The notes beneath the pieces were generated by a model, which was not told the origin of the DNA, did not search any database, and worked only from the letters and a program-made list of their open reading frames with translations. DNA of 64,000 nt from contig JAYVFI010000002.1 in NCBI GenBank assembly GCA_043773365.1, positions 89,815 to 153,814 of the forward strand. The letters run 5' to 3'. This stretch comes from Ilumatobacteraceae bacterium (GTDB lineage Bacteria; Actinomycetota; Acidimicrobiia; Acidimicrobiales; Ilumatobacteraceae). Below are positions 20,500 through 32,800 of this stretch, in pieces. The position numbers and the translations under genes were made by a program. Position 1 is the first letter of the stretch, and every line of letters starts with the position of its first letter.

Positions 20500-20566
20500 C
20501 GTCAACCCCCCGGACGTATGTCACTCTCTGCAATTTTCTTTGTCAGTTTACTTGACGAAGTGTCAA
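20500..20566. promoter_or_regulatory. Divergent promoter region: four (T/C)GTCA boxes at ~20-bp period and a TTGAC-N5-GTCAA palindrome
   Basis: GTCA at 20501, 20520, 20542 and 20562; TTGACgaagtGTCAA at 20552-20566; AT-rich context. Confidence 0.45.
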
Positions 20567-20599
20567 CGCTGGGTGCAAGGTACGTCCCGGGGACAAACA

Positions 20600-20640
20600 C
20601 GAATCCGGCGGCGACAGTTCCGGCGAACTGGCCAGATTCG
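20600..20640 (+). promoter_or_regulatory. Long hairpin in the putative leader of the giant gene
   Basis: CGAATC/GATTCG, GGC/GCC and CAGTTC/GAACTG nested pairs; flanked on both sides by GGGACA. Confidence 0.4.
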
Positions 20641-20713
20641 GCTGAGGGACAGAAGATTGGCGATGAACGGGTTGACTGCACCGATTGTGAATCGAGGGGT
20701 GGAGCCGTAGCTC

Positions 20714-20809
20714 ATGCGAACGACGGCGCACCGCGGGACGAGTTTGGCGCTTGTTGTCGCGCTCGTCGCCCCCTTGGTGGTTGCCGGCGAGTCCAACCAG
20801 GTATCTGCG
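20714..20809 (+). other. Sec-type signal peptide of the giant protein
   Basis: MRTTAHRG (basic), SLALVVALVAPLVVA (hydrophobic), VSA cleavage-like site. Confidence 0.7.
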
Positions 20810-23800
20810 TCGAGCGGTGAAAACATATTTGTCTCCGGGCCGGCCTCGGCCGTGCCGATCACCGTGTCGATTGTGGAGGCTGATATCACGGCTGGTCTTC
20901 GTTCCGCGGCGGAGGCTTACTGGCCTGGCGCCTCGCTCGGCTCGGTGACGATCACGATCGGCGACCTCGACGGAGACCGAGTGGCGACCGCTGTCGGGAA
21001 CACCGTTACGGTCGACGGAACCGCAGCCGGACGCGGTTGGCATCTCGATCAGACCGTCGACCCTGTCGCCGGTCGAGTCGATCTCCTGACCGTGCTGGCC
21101 CACGAGTTCGGACACGTGCTCGGGTTCGCCGACATCAACGACACGGTGCTTCCGCACACGCTGATGACCGAGTCGATTCTGCCGGGCGAACGCCGCCTGT
21201 CGGCGCCCGTCGTCTGGCCGGTCAGTTTTTCCGGTGCGGCATCGTTGACCCGCACCGGCACGACCGTGACGTTCGACGCGGGCACGCCGAGATCGCTCGA
21301 CGCGAGTGTGCTCGCAGGTGTGTCAGTCTCCGGAAGCGCCGTCGCCGACACGTTGACGATCGGTGTCGGGCTCGATGTTCCGGTCGCGTTCGTCGGCGGT
21401 GAAGCAACTGATTCGGTGATCGGTCCGACGGGTGGAATCGCGTTCGAAGTCGGACGGGCCACTCCCGGCGCAGCGGGGTCGGTGTCGGTCGCGACCGTCG
21501 AGACGATCACCGCTGGTTCGGGTTCCGACTCGCTCGTGCTGCCAACCGGTGGCACGACCGTTCGCTTCGGGGGCGCCAACTCCGGCAGCGTGGTCGATTC
21601 GTTCGGGGCGCCGCTCACCGCGTTCACGGGGGTCGAGGCAGTTGACGGAAACGTCAACGGTGGCCCGAACACATACATCGCCGACACACCGGCCACGATC
21701 GTCGGGTTGACGATGGGCGCCGCCGATCGGATCGTCGTCGAGGTCGAGCGGGGAGCCCAAATCTCGGCAGCCGGGGTGACGCCTGTCGTGTACGCCCCGA
21801 GCATCGACGTGTTGACGGTCACCGGCACCGCCACCATCGCAGGCGGGTTGGAGATCCGATCGACTTCGGGTTCGCTCGACAGTTCGACGACACCGATCGG
21901 CTATCTGGACCTCACCGCTTCCGGCGGCTTCACCGCGATCGTCGGGCTCGACCTCGGCGGCGGCGCCTATGCGGCGCTTTCGAGGTCGACCACGCAACGA
22001 CTGCTCGTCCGCAAATCGCTGCCTGACGGCGTTGCCGTCAACTTCGCCGACGCACCAGCAGCTGACCGGTTCTTCGCCTTCCTGGCGGGTGAGCTTCCGG
22101 CGCCGGCGGGCACACAGTCGGCTGACGTCGTGATCGGCGGTCAACATCTCTCGGGCACCGCCACGATTTCGGCCGGAGCGGTGGCAGGCGCATTCACGAT
22201 CGGTCTCACCGGCGCCCGGTTCCGGTTCGGCGACGCAACCGATCCGTTGGCGACTCTCGACGACACGTCGGTCACCCTGACTCTGGACGCGGCGCACCTC
22301 ACAGGAACGGTCGTCGGAACCGTCACCGCGGCGGTCGCGGGTGTTGAAATGTCCGGCACCTTCACGGTGGCGATCGACACGAACGCGCCGATTGTCGCCG
22401 CTGGCTCTGGTGCCACGCTGACCGTCGGGGGTCAGGTGATCGATGGCGATTTTGGGATCGAGCGAATTGATGTCGGAGGGCTTCCAAAGCTCCGCATCAG
22501 TGGACTCGTCGGCGCCACGTTGTCATTCGGAGGCGAAGGAGGCTCGGCGCTGGCGACGGCGACGTTGAAGGCCGACCCGAATCCGGTGGCGCCCAACCCT
22601 TCCGATGGCCTGCCACGGATCGTGATCGGCAGTTCCGGCGTGCAGGCGTCGATGGTTGCAACTATTGCCGTTGCGTCGTCAGGTGTTTCGGTGGGTGGCG
22701 AGGTTCGAGTCACGATCGACACCGTCGCCGACCCTGACGTCATCAAGGCGTCGGTCTCGAGCGCAACGCTCACGATCGACGGGCAGGTGTTCACCGGATC
22801 GGTCGTCGTCGACGAGGTCACGAGCCCGCTCGGCAACCGCTCTGTGGTCGTGCAGGTCGCCAACCTCGCAACCTCGCTCGTGGGCGGCACGACCGAACTT
22901 GCGGCGATCACCGGCGGCGCCGGCACGCTCGTGCTCTCGTCAGGTGGCCTGAGCGGTCGAATCAGCGCCACCGTCGATCTTGCGGTCGACGGCCTCACCG
23001 TCGAGAGCGGCACCGCGTTCCTCGAACTCGACACGACAGGAGCGACCGCAGAAACTCGAATCGAGATCGACGACGCAACCGCCACGGTGACCACGACCGC
23101 AGGTTCGATCGGCCTCGGCGGCGACCTCGTGTTCGATCACAAAGCGACGCGGACGGTCCTCGCCATCGACGATCTGACCGCATCGGTCGTATCCGGCCCT
23201 GCGTCAGGCTCGGGCTTGTTCGGCGCCGAAGGCGCCTTCGTCGTCACGAACGCCGGAGTCGCCGGAGTCGTGTCGGGTCGTTCGAGCGTCGCCTCTGGCG
23301 CGGTCGATGTCGGCGCCCGACTCGGGTTGCGTGTGAACACAACTGGCAGCGCCGTGAACGAGACCTTTACCGTCAACGGGCGGAGCTTCGGCATCGTCTT
23401 CGCGACCGGCGCATCGGTCGTCGAGATCTTCGGGTCGATCGACACGTTCGCGATCGGTTCGTTTGCCACGATTCACGGCTCGATTTCGTTTGCGTCGACG
23501 TCTGGAGGCTCGGTTTCGGTCGGTCAGGACACGACGATCTTCGTCGGTGAGGGACCCGCGCGCCTCGGCGACGGTTCCGACAATCCGGCGGCGCGTGGCG
23601 CCCGCTTCGTGACGAGTGCCATCTCGACCTTGACCAGGGTCGGGTCTGGCAGTTCTGCGAAGTACGCATTGCTTGTCAATGGAGCCCTTACGCTGCTCGG
23701 AATCCCCGGCGTGTCAGGCACCACGACTGCCGCCGGCGCGACGCTGCGGATCAACACGACCGGCTCGGTCCAGACCGGGTTTGCGACAGGCGTCGAGGTG

Positions 23801-26800
23801 CTCGAACTCGGCGCCAGCAATCTTGCGCTCACGATTGCGGGACAGGGCATCAGCGCCGCAACGGCGACAATCACGCGGGCCACGACCTCGACCGGCCTGG
23901 AAGGTCTCGCCGCAGCGCTGTCCGGTGTCACGTTCTCACTGGAGGCGGCATCGACCCCGTTGGTCGTCGTCACCGGTGGGTCTGGCACCCTGCTGCTCAC
24001 GTCCGCTGGTGCCGCCGCCTCGCTCTCCGGCACCGCCGCGGTGGCGAGCGGTTCGTTCTCCGCAGGTGTCAGCCTGAACACGACTGGTGACGCCGTGTTC
24101 GAAAGGATCGGGGGCGTCACGCTCAATCTTGCCGGCGGCTCGTACCTCCGGATCGCGATCGTCGTCCCGACCGCGTCGCCGATCACGCTCGGCCCAGTGG
24201 CCCTCAGCGGATCGCTCGTGTTCCAGGGAGGACCGAGCACGATCGGCGTCACCGTGACCAACGGCCAGTTCGTCTACGGCCGGATCACGATCAAGAACGT
24301 CAACGGTTCGTTCGACTGGAACGGCGTCAACTTCCTCGGGGCACTCGCCGGCACCGTCGAGACCGCCGCCGGCAGTGCCGTTTCGATCGGCGGAACCCTG
24401 CGCGTCGGTCTCGCCGTCGGCGGAATCATCGGCCTGCCATCGGCGCTGACGATCACGGTCGACGGATACGAGGTTGTCGGCACCGTCTCGGTCGGCCTGG
24501 CATCCGGTAACACGACGTTCACCCTCACCAACGGACGCGTCGATGTCGGCGCATTGCGGGCCGTGATCCCGACTGCGACACTGACGCTCGGGACGAACGG
24601 ACTCAACGCCACGCTGACGGCAACGATCGATGCCGTCGTCGCTGGATTCTCGTTGTCAGGAGGCGTGTCGATTCTGATCGATTCGACACCGACGCCCGTG
24701 ACCGACCCCGCCGTCCTCATCGAAGTCACCCCGACGCTGCTCAAGGTGCGCGATGTCGTGTTCCAATCCGGCCTCTCGCCACCGGTTGTCACTCTGTCAC
24801 GAGCCGCAGACGGCTCGGCCACGATCGCGATCGAGAACCTTCAGATCGTCTACGAGGGCTTCACCGCCACAATCTCCTCCGGAACATTCAACCTCACCCC
24901 CGATGGCGCCGCCGGATCACTCACCGTCAGCGCTCTCACAGAAAACCTCGGCTCCCTAGCCAGTCTCACGATCGGGACGGCGACGGTCGAGCTGAACACG
25001 TACGACCACGCCGTTGCCAGTCCTGCTCTCGAGGCCGGACCGTTCGTTCGGATTTCCGTCACGGGTGCTGCCGTCGTTGCCACGATCGGCGCCAACGCCT
25101 ACGACGTCGAGTTCGACGCCACGATCGACGTCGCCAGCTCCCAGAGCGGTCCGGTCACCAGGCTCGCGGTCAACAACGTCTCGCTGACACCCACAACCCC
25201 CGGCAACGCCGACCCAGTCATCGAGCACGGCCGTGGAGCGTTTGTCGTCAGTGGAGCAGGGCTCGCCGGCATCGTGTCGGGATCGACCCCGCTCGGCCAG
25301 GTCGGCCTGCGGTTCAACGCAACCGGTGCTCCGGTCAACCAAACGATCACGGTCGGCGGTGAACAGTTCGTCATCAATCTCGCGACCGGCCAGTTCGACG
25401 TGTTCGGAACCGGACTCACATTCAACTTCGGTGGTGTCGCCTCGATCGAAGGCAGTGTCACCTTCAGTTCGATCGGCAACGGCCGCGAGGTGTTCGGCGC
25501 CGTCGATGCCACATTGTTCGTCGGGCAGGGCCCGTACCGGATCAACGCCACCACCTTCAACCCTGCCGCCAGGGGTATCGCACTGCGCAACGCACGCATC
25601 GGTGTCGTCCATCTGATCACTGCTGACACGTTTGCCGTCGTGGCGACCGGCGCGATCGAACTGATCGGCGTCGATGGTGTCACGTTCGTGGGCAACGGCA
25701 CCGTCACGTTCAACAACACCGGCGTCACGGTCGACCGAGTGATCCCGATCGGGACCGACTCGGTGCGGGTGTTGTTCACCACCGCAGGTCTCGTCAACTC
25801 GTTCTCGTCGACGGCCTTGACGGTCGACGTCGCAGGCCAGCGCCTCGTCGGTGGCGTCTCGTTCACCTCGACCACGGTCTCCAACGAGATCAGTGTCGGC
25901 GTGGCATTCACCGACACTGATGTTCGACTGGCCAACGGGCTCGTGATCGTCGACAACGCCAACGGCACAATCGCTGTCCGCCCGGGTGGACTCGTCGGTT
26001 CCGTCACGGCGACCTCGATCCAAGTAGCCGGCGGGGCGGGTGTCGGTCTCACCGTGACCGGGGCAACGGTCCATATCGACACAGTCTCCGATGTTCCCGA
26101 GTTCCGAGTCGCCACGACCGGCGCATCGCTCAGCTTCGCCTCGACCACGCTCACAGGAAGCGTGACGCTGCATGCCGTCGGCGGTGAGATAGCCGTCGCG
26201 ATCAGCGGTGGGGCGCTGACTGCGTTCGGTGTCGCCCCGGTCTCGGCCACCGTGTCAGCGATCACGGGTATCGGCGTGCTCACCACGACTGGTCTGGCAG
26301 GTCGCTTCACCGCCACCGTCGCGATCACGGCAACAGGTCTGGGGTCGATGACCGGCACGTGGTCGCTGGCCGTGAACACGCGATCGGTGCCCGCTGTCCA
26401 GAGCGTGGCAGTGGGCGGCAGCGTGACCACGCTCGATCTCCCGGCGGGCCCGTACGTGCGGCTCGAGGGACGCAACGTCACCGTCAGCATTTCCGGTGGC
26501 GCCGGCGTGGTCGGCGATCTCGTGATCGAACGCCGCACGATTGCCGGCAATCCGAGTCTTGTCGCAGCAGTCAGCAATTTGTCGATCAGCCTCGCCAGCC
26601 CAGCACTTCTGGCGGTGACCGGTGGCAGAGGCCTGATCGTGTTCACGCCGGCCGGCATCGCAGCGCAGGCGTCTGGCACGCTCGTGGCAACTCTGCCGGC
26701 GGTTCAGATCAGCGGTTCGGCGGTGATCGAGGTCAACACGACCGGTGTCAACCAGTTGATCCCGGTGACGATCGGTGGCCAGGCGCTCTTGGCGGAGGTG

Positions 26801-29800
26801 GCCGGGGGGGCGGGTGTCGCCACGGTGCGCGTCGCCGTGCTCGGCGCAGCGTTGATTATCGGCGGCGTCCGGCTCTCGGCAGACACGATTTCATTTGTCG
26901 CCTCAGGTTCGGTGGTCACTGCTTCGGGAACCAACCTGGCATCGAGCGTGTCGGCCAACGGTCGTCGCGTGATCGGCTTGAGTAGCGCCAACTTCGCGAT
27001 CGAACTCCGGGCGACCGGCGTTGCCGCGGCGATTCGTGGGGGCACCGTTCTCGGTCCCGACGTGGGCGGTGACCTCACATTGACAGCGACGTCCATCGAA
27101 TTCGACGTGAACACATCGACGACGAGCGCATCGCTCACGGTGCCGACGGTCGCAACACCGGTCGCCCTTGTCGCCGGCGGCTTCCGCGTGGCCGCCACCG
27201 GCGTGTCGTTGAGCGTGCTGGGTGTGACCGGTAACGCATCGAGCTTGAGCTTCGCCGTCACCGGTCCTGTCGTCGACATCACCGGCGCCGATGTGGTGCT
27301 CGACCTGATGACGGGTGGCCAGCGAGTGCTCGGTGTCGACAGTGATGCGATCGCGCTTCGGATCACCGACGCCGGTCTCGCTTTCGTCATCGCCGGCGCA
27401 ACCTTGCGGCTGCCGACGATCTCACAAGTCAGCATCGGCGGCACTGCCACGCTGCGGGTCAACACCACCCGAGCCACGCAGCGTCTCGGGGTCGCGGTGG
27501 GCGGCGAGACGTTCACGCTTGCGGCGGCCGCGCCGAACTCGCCCTACATCCGGATCGACGTGATCGGGGCGACGCTCGGTCTGCCAGGATTCAACTTCAC
27601 GGCCGACCGATTGATCTTCGAGCGCCATGCAGGAGTGGTCACGCTCGACGGCCGTGATGTCGGGCTGCAACTGAGCGCTGCGACGACTCGGGTCGTGGCG
27701 CTGAGCGGTGCCAGGCTCGGAACCCGGTTTGCTCCGGCAGGCATCACCGCTGCGTTGAGCGGCGGTTCGTTGCAAGGCCCGGCGGCCTCATTCGGATTCA
27801 CGCTGTCGGCGACGACCGTGTCCGCCACGCTCAACACGGTCACGGCGCCGGTGACACTGAGCGTCGGTGGCACGCCCGTGGTGGTCGCCGCCGCCGGGGT
27901 CGCAGCGCCGTTCGCGATCGTTCGGCTCGACGGTGTCGATGCGACGGTCGGCGGGAGCGCACTTCACGCCGGCACGCTGGCGTTCTCTGCGAACGGCGCC
28001 GACGTGGCGGTGGTCGGCGCCGACGTCGATGTCCACCTCGACGCCAGCGGCGTCAGAATCCTGCATCTCGACGACGCCGACCTCGGGATCCGGTTCACAT
28101 CATCGGGAGTCACCGGCGTCACTCGGAACGGGACAGTGACCGGGCCGAATCTCGCCGGCATCACCGTGTCAGGCACGGTCGCGCTCGCCTTCAACACGTC
28201 GACATCGGCGATCACGGTCAAGGTCGGCGCCGAGAACGTCGTCGTCCCGGCGGCCACTCCATCGACGTTCGTTCGCCTCGAAGTGTCGAACGCAACGCTG
28301 ACGGTGCTCGGCAACCAGTTCACTGCGGCGACACTCAGATTCGAACGCAATGGCTCGACCGTGACGGTTGCCGGCGCCGACATCGGGTTCGCGCTGAGCG
28401 CCGGGGGCCGCCGAGTCGTCTCGTTGAGCCACGCCGCGGCAACACTCACGTTCTCAGGAACCGGTGTTTCCGGCTCGCTGACGGGAGGTGTGCTGCTCGG
28501 CCCCGACTTCGGCGACGGGTTCACGCTCACCGGAACGATCGCCGTGACGATCGACACGACCGTCGGATCACCGTTCGTACGCGTCTCGGTCGGAACGCCC
28601 GTGCTCACCATCCTTGGAGTGAGGGTCACCGCGTCGTCGGTCGCGATGGAGGCGACGTTCGGTGTCGAGAACACGGTGAGTATGACGGTCAACGGACTCG
28701 TCGTGTCACTCGGCGACGGCGGGCCGGCGCCGCTCGCCACGCTTTCGGTCGCCAATGCGTCGATCGTGATCTCTTCGGCCGGGCTCGTCGCCGGCATCTC
28801 TGGCGGCACACTCAACACGAGCGCAATCACCGGCGTCACATTCGCGGGCGCAGCGGGCCTGCGGCTCGACACGACCAACACGGCGAACCGTTACGTGCGG
28901 GTCACCCTCGGCGCGGTGCTCGCCCCGGCGACGCTCACGATCGGCACGCAAGTGGTCTCCGGGGTCTTCGTGTTCGAACAGGTGCAGGCATCGGCGTCAC
29001 GCACCGTCGTGCGGGCCGGCGTCAGCAACCTCGCGATGTCGCTCGGCTCCGTGATCACGGTCACCAACGGGAGCGGCTTCCTGCTCGTCAGTTCACTCGG
29101 CGTCGCCGGTTCGTTGAGCGCGTCGGCCACGATCACGTTGCCGACCGCCGACGTCGAGATCACGGCCTCGACATTCCGAGTCGACGTCAACTCGACATCG
29201 GCGCCTGTTTCGGAGTCGCTGCTGCTCAACGGCGACACCATCGAACTCGCTCTTCCGGCGGGTCCGTTCGTCCAGGTCGCCGTACTCGGCGCATCGATGT
29301 TCGTCGCCGAGCAGCCGGCGATCACCGCCGACCTATACTTCCGACGCGGCCCATTGCAAAGCGGCCCGGTTGGAACGTTCTTTGCCGTTCGTAATCTGTC
29401 GGTGACGATTGGAACCAACGTCGTCGGTGGGGGCGAGGGCATGTTCCTGATCCTCGCAACCGGCGTCGCCGGAGTCGTCTCCGGTTCCGTCGCAATTACT
29501 GGTGGACCGGTCAGCGGTGGCGCCAGCGGCGCCTTGCGAATCAACACCACCGGTGCAGTCGTCTCCGAGACGATCACGTTCGGAACGCAGCAATTCGTGC
29601 TCAGCGTCCCGGCTGGCACCGATGGACTGTTCTTCGACCTGACCGTCACCGGAGTCGAACTCAACATCGGTGGCTTCGTCACCATCGAGGGCGCTGGTTC
29701 GTTCTCAGCCGGAAGGTTCGCCCTGACCGGCGTACGAGTGTTCCTCGGTCAGGGACCATCGCAGATCGACGGCGCGACCAACCCGGCGGCGCGGGGTGTG

Positions 29801-32800
29801 TTGCTGTCGAATGGGTACGGGCTGGCGCTGAAGTTCTCCGACGGATTCTTCCTGTACGCCGAGGGAACCCTGACGTTGCTCGGAATCGGAGGCGTCACAG
29901 TCAGTGGTTCCGCCCGGATCGAGGTGATGACGTCGCCGACCGCCACGTTCAGCGAGACGATCACGATCAACTCGACCGGCGGCACTGTGACCCGGTCGAA
30001 CACGTCGTTCCCTGCGGGCACCAACCGGATCGCGATCGACAACTTCGACCTCGTGGTCGGCGGGCAGACGTTGAACGATGCGGATCTCTCATTCTCGAAG
30101 ACCGCCGGCACGATCACCGTTGGTGTCGCCGGTGCGAGTGTGACCGCCGGCCCGGTGTCGATCAGCGACATCACGGGCACGCTCGTGGCCGGGAGCAATG
30201 GCATCGCCGGCACGCTCACCGCCACAGCCAGCGTGGCAGGCGGGTCGGAGTTCTCGTTCGACAACGCTCAATTCTCGGTGATCGTGAACACCGGCACGTC
30301 GGCCGTGGCGCTGACGCTTGACCCGTCGGGCACACCGACCGTGATCAATGTGCCTGCCGGGCCGTATCTACGCGTGACCGTCTCTCGACAGAACGTCGCC
30401 AACCCGGTCGCCCTCGTCGTGCTCGGGCAACGACTCGAAGGCGAGTTCGCGCTCGAAGTCGCGGGCAGCAACCTTCGGATCGCTGCGACGTCGGTGAAAC
30501 TGCGACTCGCAGCCGGCGCGCTCAATGTGGTCCAGGTCGACGGTGGTGATGGCTTCGTCGTCATCCGATCAGACGGTAAGGTCGGTGCCAGCGTTCGAGG
30601 CGCGGCATCGCTTGCGGTGCCTGGTGTGACGTTCACCGCCAATCTCGACATCACTGTCAACACGGCGACGAACGCGTTCAACGAGACGTTCACGATCGGC
30701 GCCAGAACCGTGACACTCAACCTGGTCGGCTCGCCGAGCGGGTACGTGCGAATGCAGGGCACCGATGTGAGCCTGGTGGTCGGTCAACAGACCCTCAGTG
30801 GCGACTTCGTGTTCGAACACGTCGGCAGCACCACGACGATCGGCGTCGCCAACGGGCGGGCGTCACTGGGCGATGGGACGAACACGTTCCTGAGCCTGAG
30901 CGCGGGCACCGGTGGTCTCGTGATCCGCGACGTCTCTGGACTCGCCGAGATCGCCGGCCGCTTCACGGGCGCGTTGACCGTCGTCGCTCCACCGGGAACC
31001 GACTTCAACTTCTCCGCTGCCGCCACGGTCGCCGTAGAACTCAACACCGGCACGTCCGGAGTGACACTCCCCGGAGGCGTCGTGGTGGCCGGCGGCCCAT
31101 TCGTCGGCCTTCGGATCGGAACCTCGGCGACACCGGCGGTGCTCGACATCGAAGGACAGCACCTTTCGGGTGTGTTCGCGGCCGAGATCCGAACGAGTTC
31201 CCCTGGTGCCCGCACGGTCCTGCTGTCGATCGAACAGGGTGTGCTCGACCTGAAGGCCGGGGTCACGTCGCTTCTCAAGCTCGATGGCGGAACCGGGATC
31301 TTCTCGATCCGGACCGATGGTGTCGCAGGCAAGATCTCCGCCAGCATCGATTCCGGTGTGATTGCCCTGACGGCCGATGCCGTGAGCATCGAAATCAACA
31401 CATCGGCCTCAGCGGTCAGCGCCATCTTTGGTGGCCAGTCGCTCGACGTGCCGGGCGGACCGTACCTGCAGGTTCGGGTCACGGGCCTCACGTTCACGGT
31501 CGCCGGTCAGAGCGTGAGCGGCAATGCCGTGATCCGAAAGCTGCCGACCGAGCTCAGCATCATCGCCACGAATGTCGGGGCGACGATCGGCGATCCTGCC
31601 GGCGTTCGGATCGTGCTGCGCAACGGAACGGGCTCGTTCACGATCGACGTCGACGGTATCCGGGGGACGGCGAGCGGCCTCGTCGAGTTGTTCGGGTTGT
31701 CGGGAGTCGTGTTGCGTGCCTCGATGATGCTCTCGTTCGACACCCGCGTCGCGACCGCGTTCCTCTCGGTCGGCGGCGAGGTCGTCGTCTCGGTGACGCC
31801 CGGCGCAGGCGCCGGCGGCCAGGTGCCGGCGATTCAGATCGCCGGATCGTTCACATTCACCCACAACGCCGCGGCGACAGGCGGCGTGCCTGTGTTCACG
31901 ATCGCGGCGAGCGGGGTCGAGACGTACATCGGTACCCCCGACGTGCTCGGTCTGTCGGTCACGGGAGGCTCGCTCACGCTGCGCGGCTTCGCCGACGGCA
32001 GGTTCGCCGCCGTGCTCGGTGGCGCTGTGCAACTCGTCGGAGGCGGCGCCGGTGGGTTCCAACTCGAGGGCACCCTCAACCTCCGGATCAATACCTCGAC
32101 GTTCACGGTGTCCGGACTCGGCGCCGACTTGACCCCCGGCCAATTCGATCTGCTCGCCAACTCGATCACGATCCGCGGCCCACCAATCGGCGAGCTGCAG
32201 ATCGCATCGATGCGATTCAACCGCAACACCGCCGGCGAGATCTTCGCCTCGGCGACGGGAATCAACTTCACGATCGGCACGCCGACAGCCGGTCTTTCCG
32301 TGATGGGCGCCTCATTCGCCCTCTACCTCAAGCCCGACGGGACCTCCGCATTCCGTGCGTCGGGCGCTGTCTCGCTGGCCACCCCCTCGGCAGCACTGTC
32401 GATATCGGGCAGCCTGTCGGTCGAGCGCAACACGACCGGGTTCGCCGTCAACCTTGTGACACCCGGTGACCCGATCACCCTTGCGGTCGCCGCGGGCGTC
32501 ACCCGAATTGGCGGTGCCCTCACTGTCGTCGTGACCGACGGTCCGACAACTGTGGCGACGGTCAATGGCTCGTTCGGTATCGAGATCAGCACAGCAGGAC
32601 CCGATCGGATCGTCGGAACCCTCGACGATGTCAGCGAGCTGCTTGTCGGGGCCACAGGCGTCAACGTTCTCCTCGGCGGTGGCGCCTCTGTCGGCTTCTC
32701 GCTCGCGCACGTCGACCTGGCGCTGCTGTTCCGTTCCGGCGGATTCGCTCTCGACGTCAGCGGCGATGCCTCCTTGACCGGGCTGCCCGCAGTGCAGCTG

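Noticed and set aside
20552-20566. TTGACA/TTGACG as sigma-70-type -35 boxes
   Set aside because: No TANNNT at 16-18 nt spacing on either strand, so not called as promoters.
20590-20713. c-di-GMP-I/II or c-di-AMP (ydaO) riboswitch
   Set aside because: Only fragments (GGGACAAAC, GAATCC) resemble the consensus; the required multi-stem pattern was not found by eye. Kept only as an unassigned hairpin.
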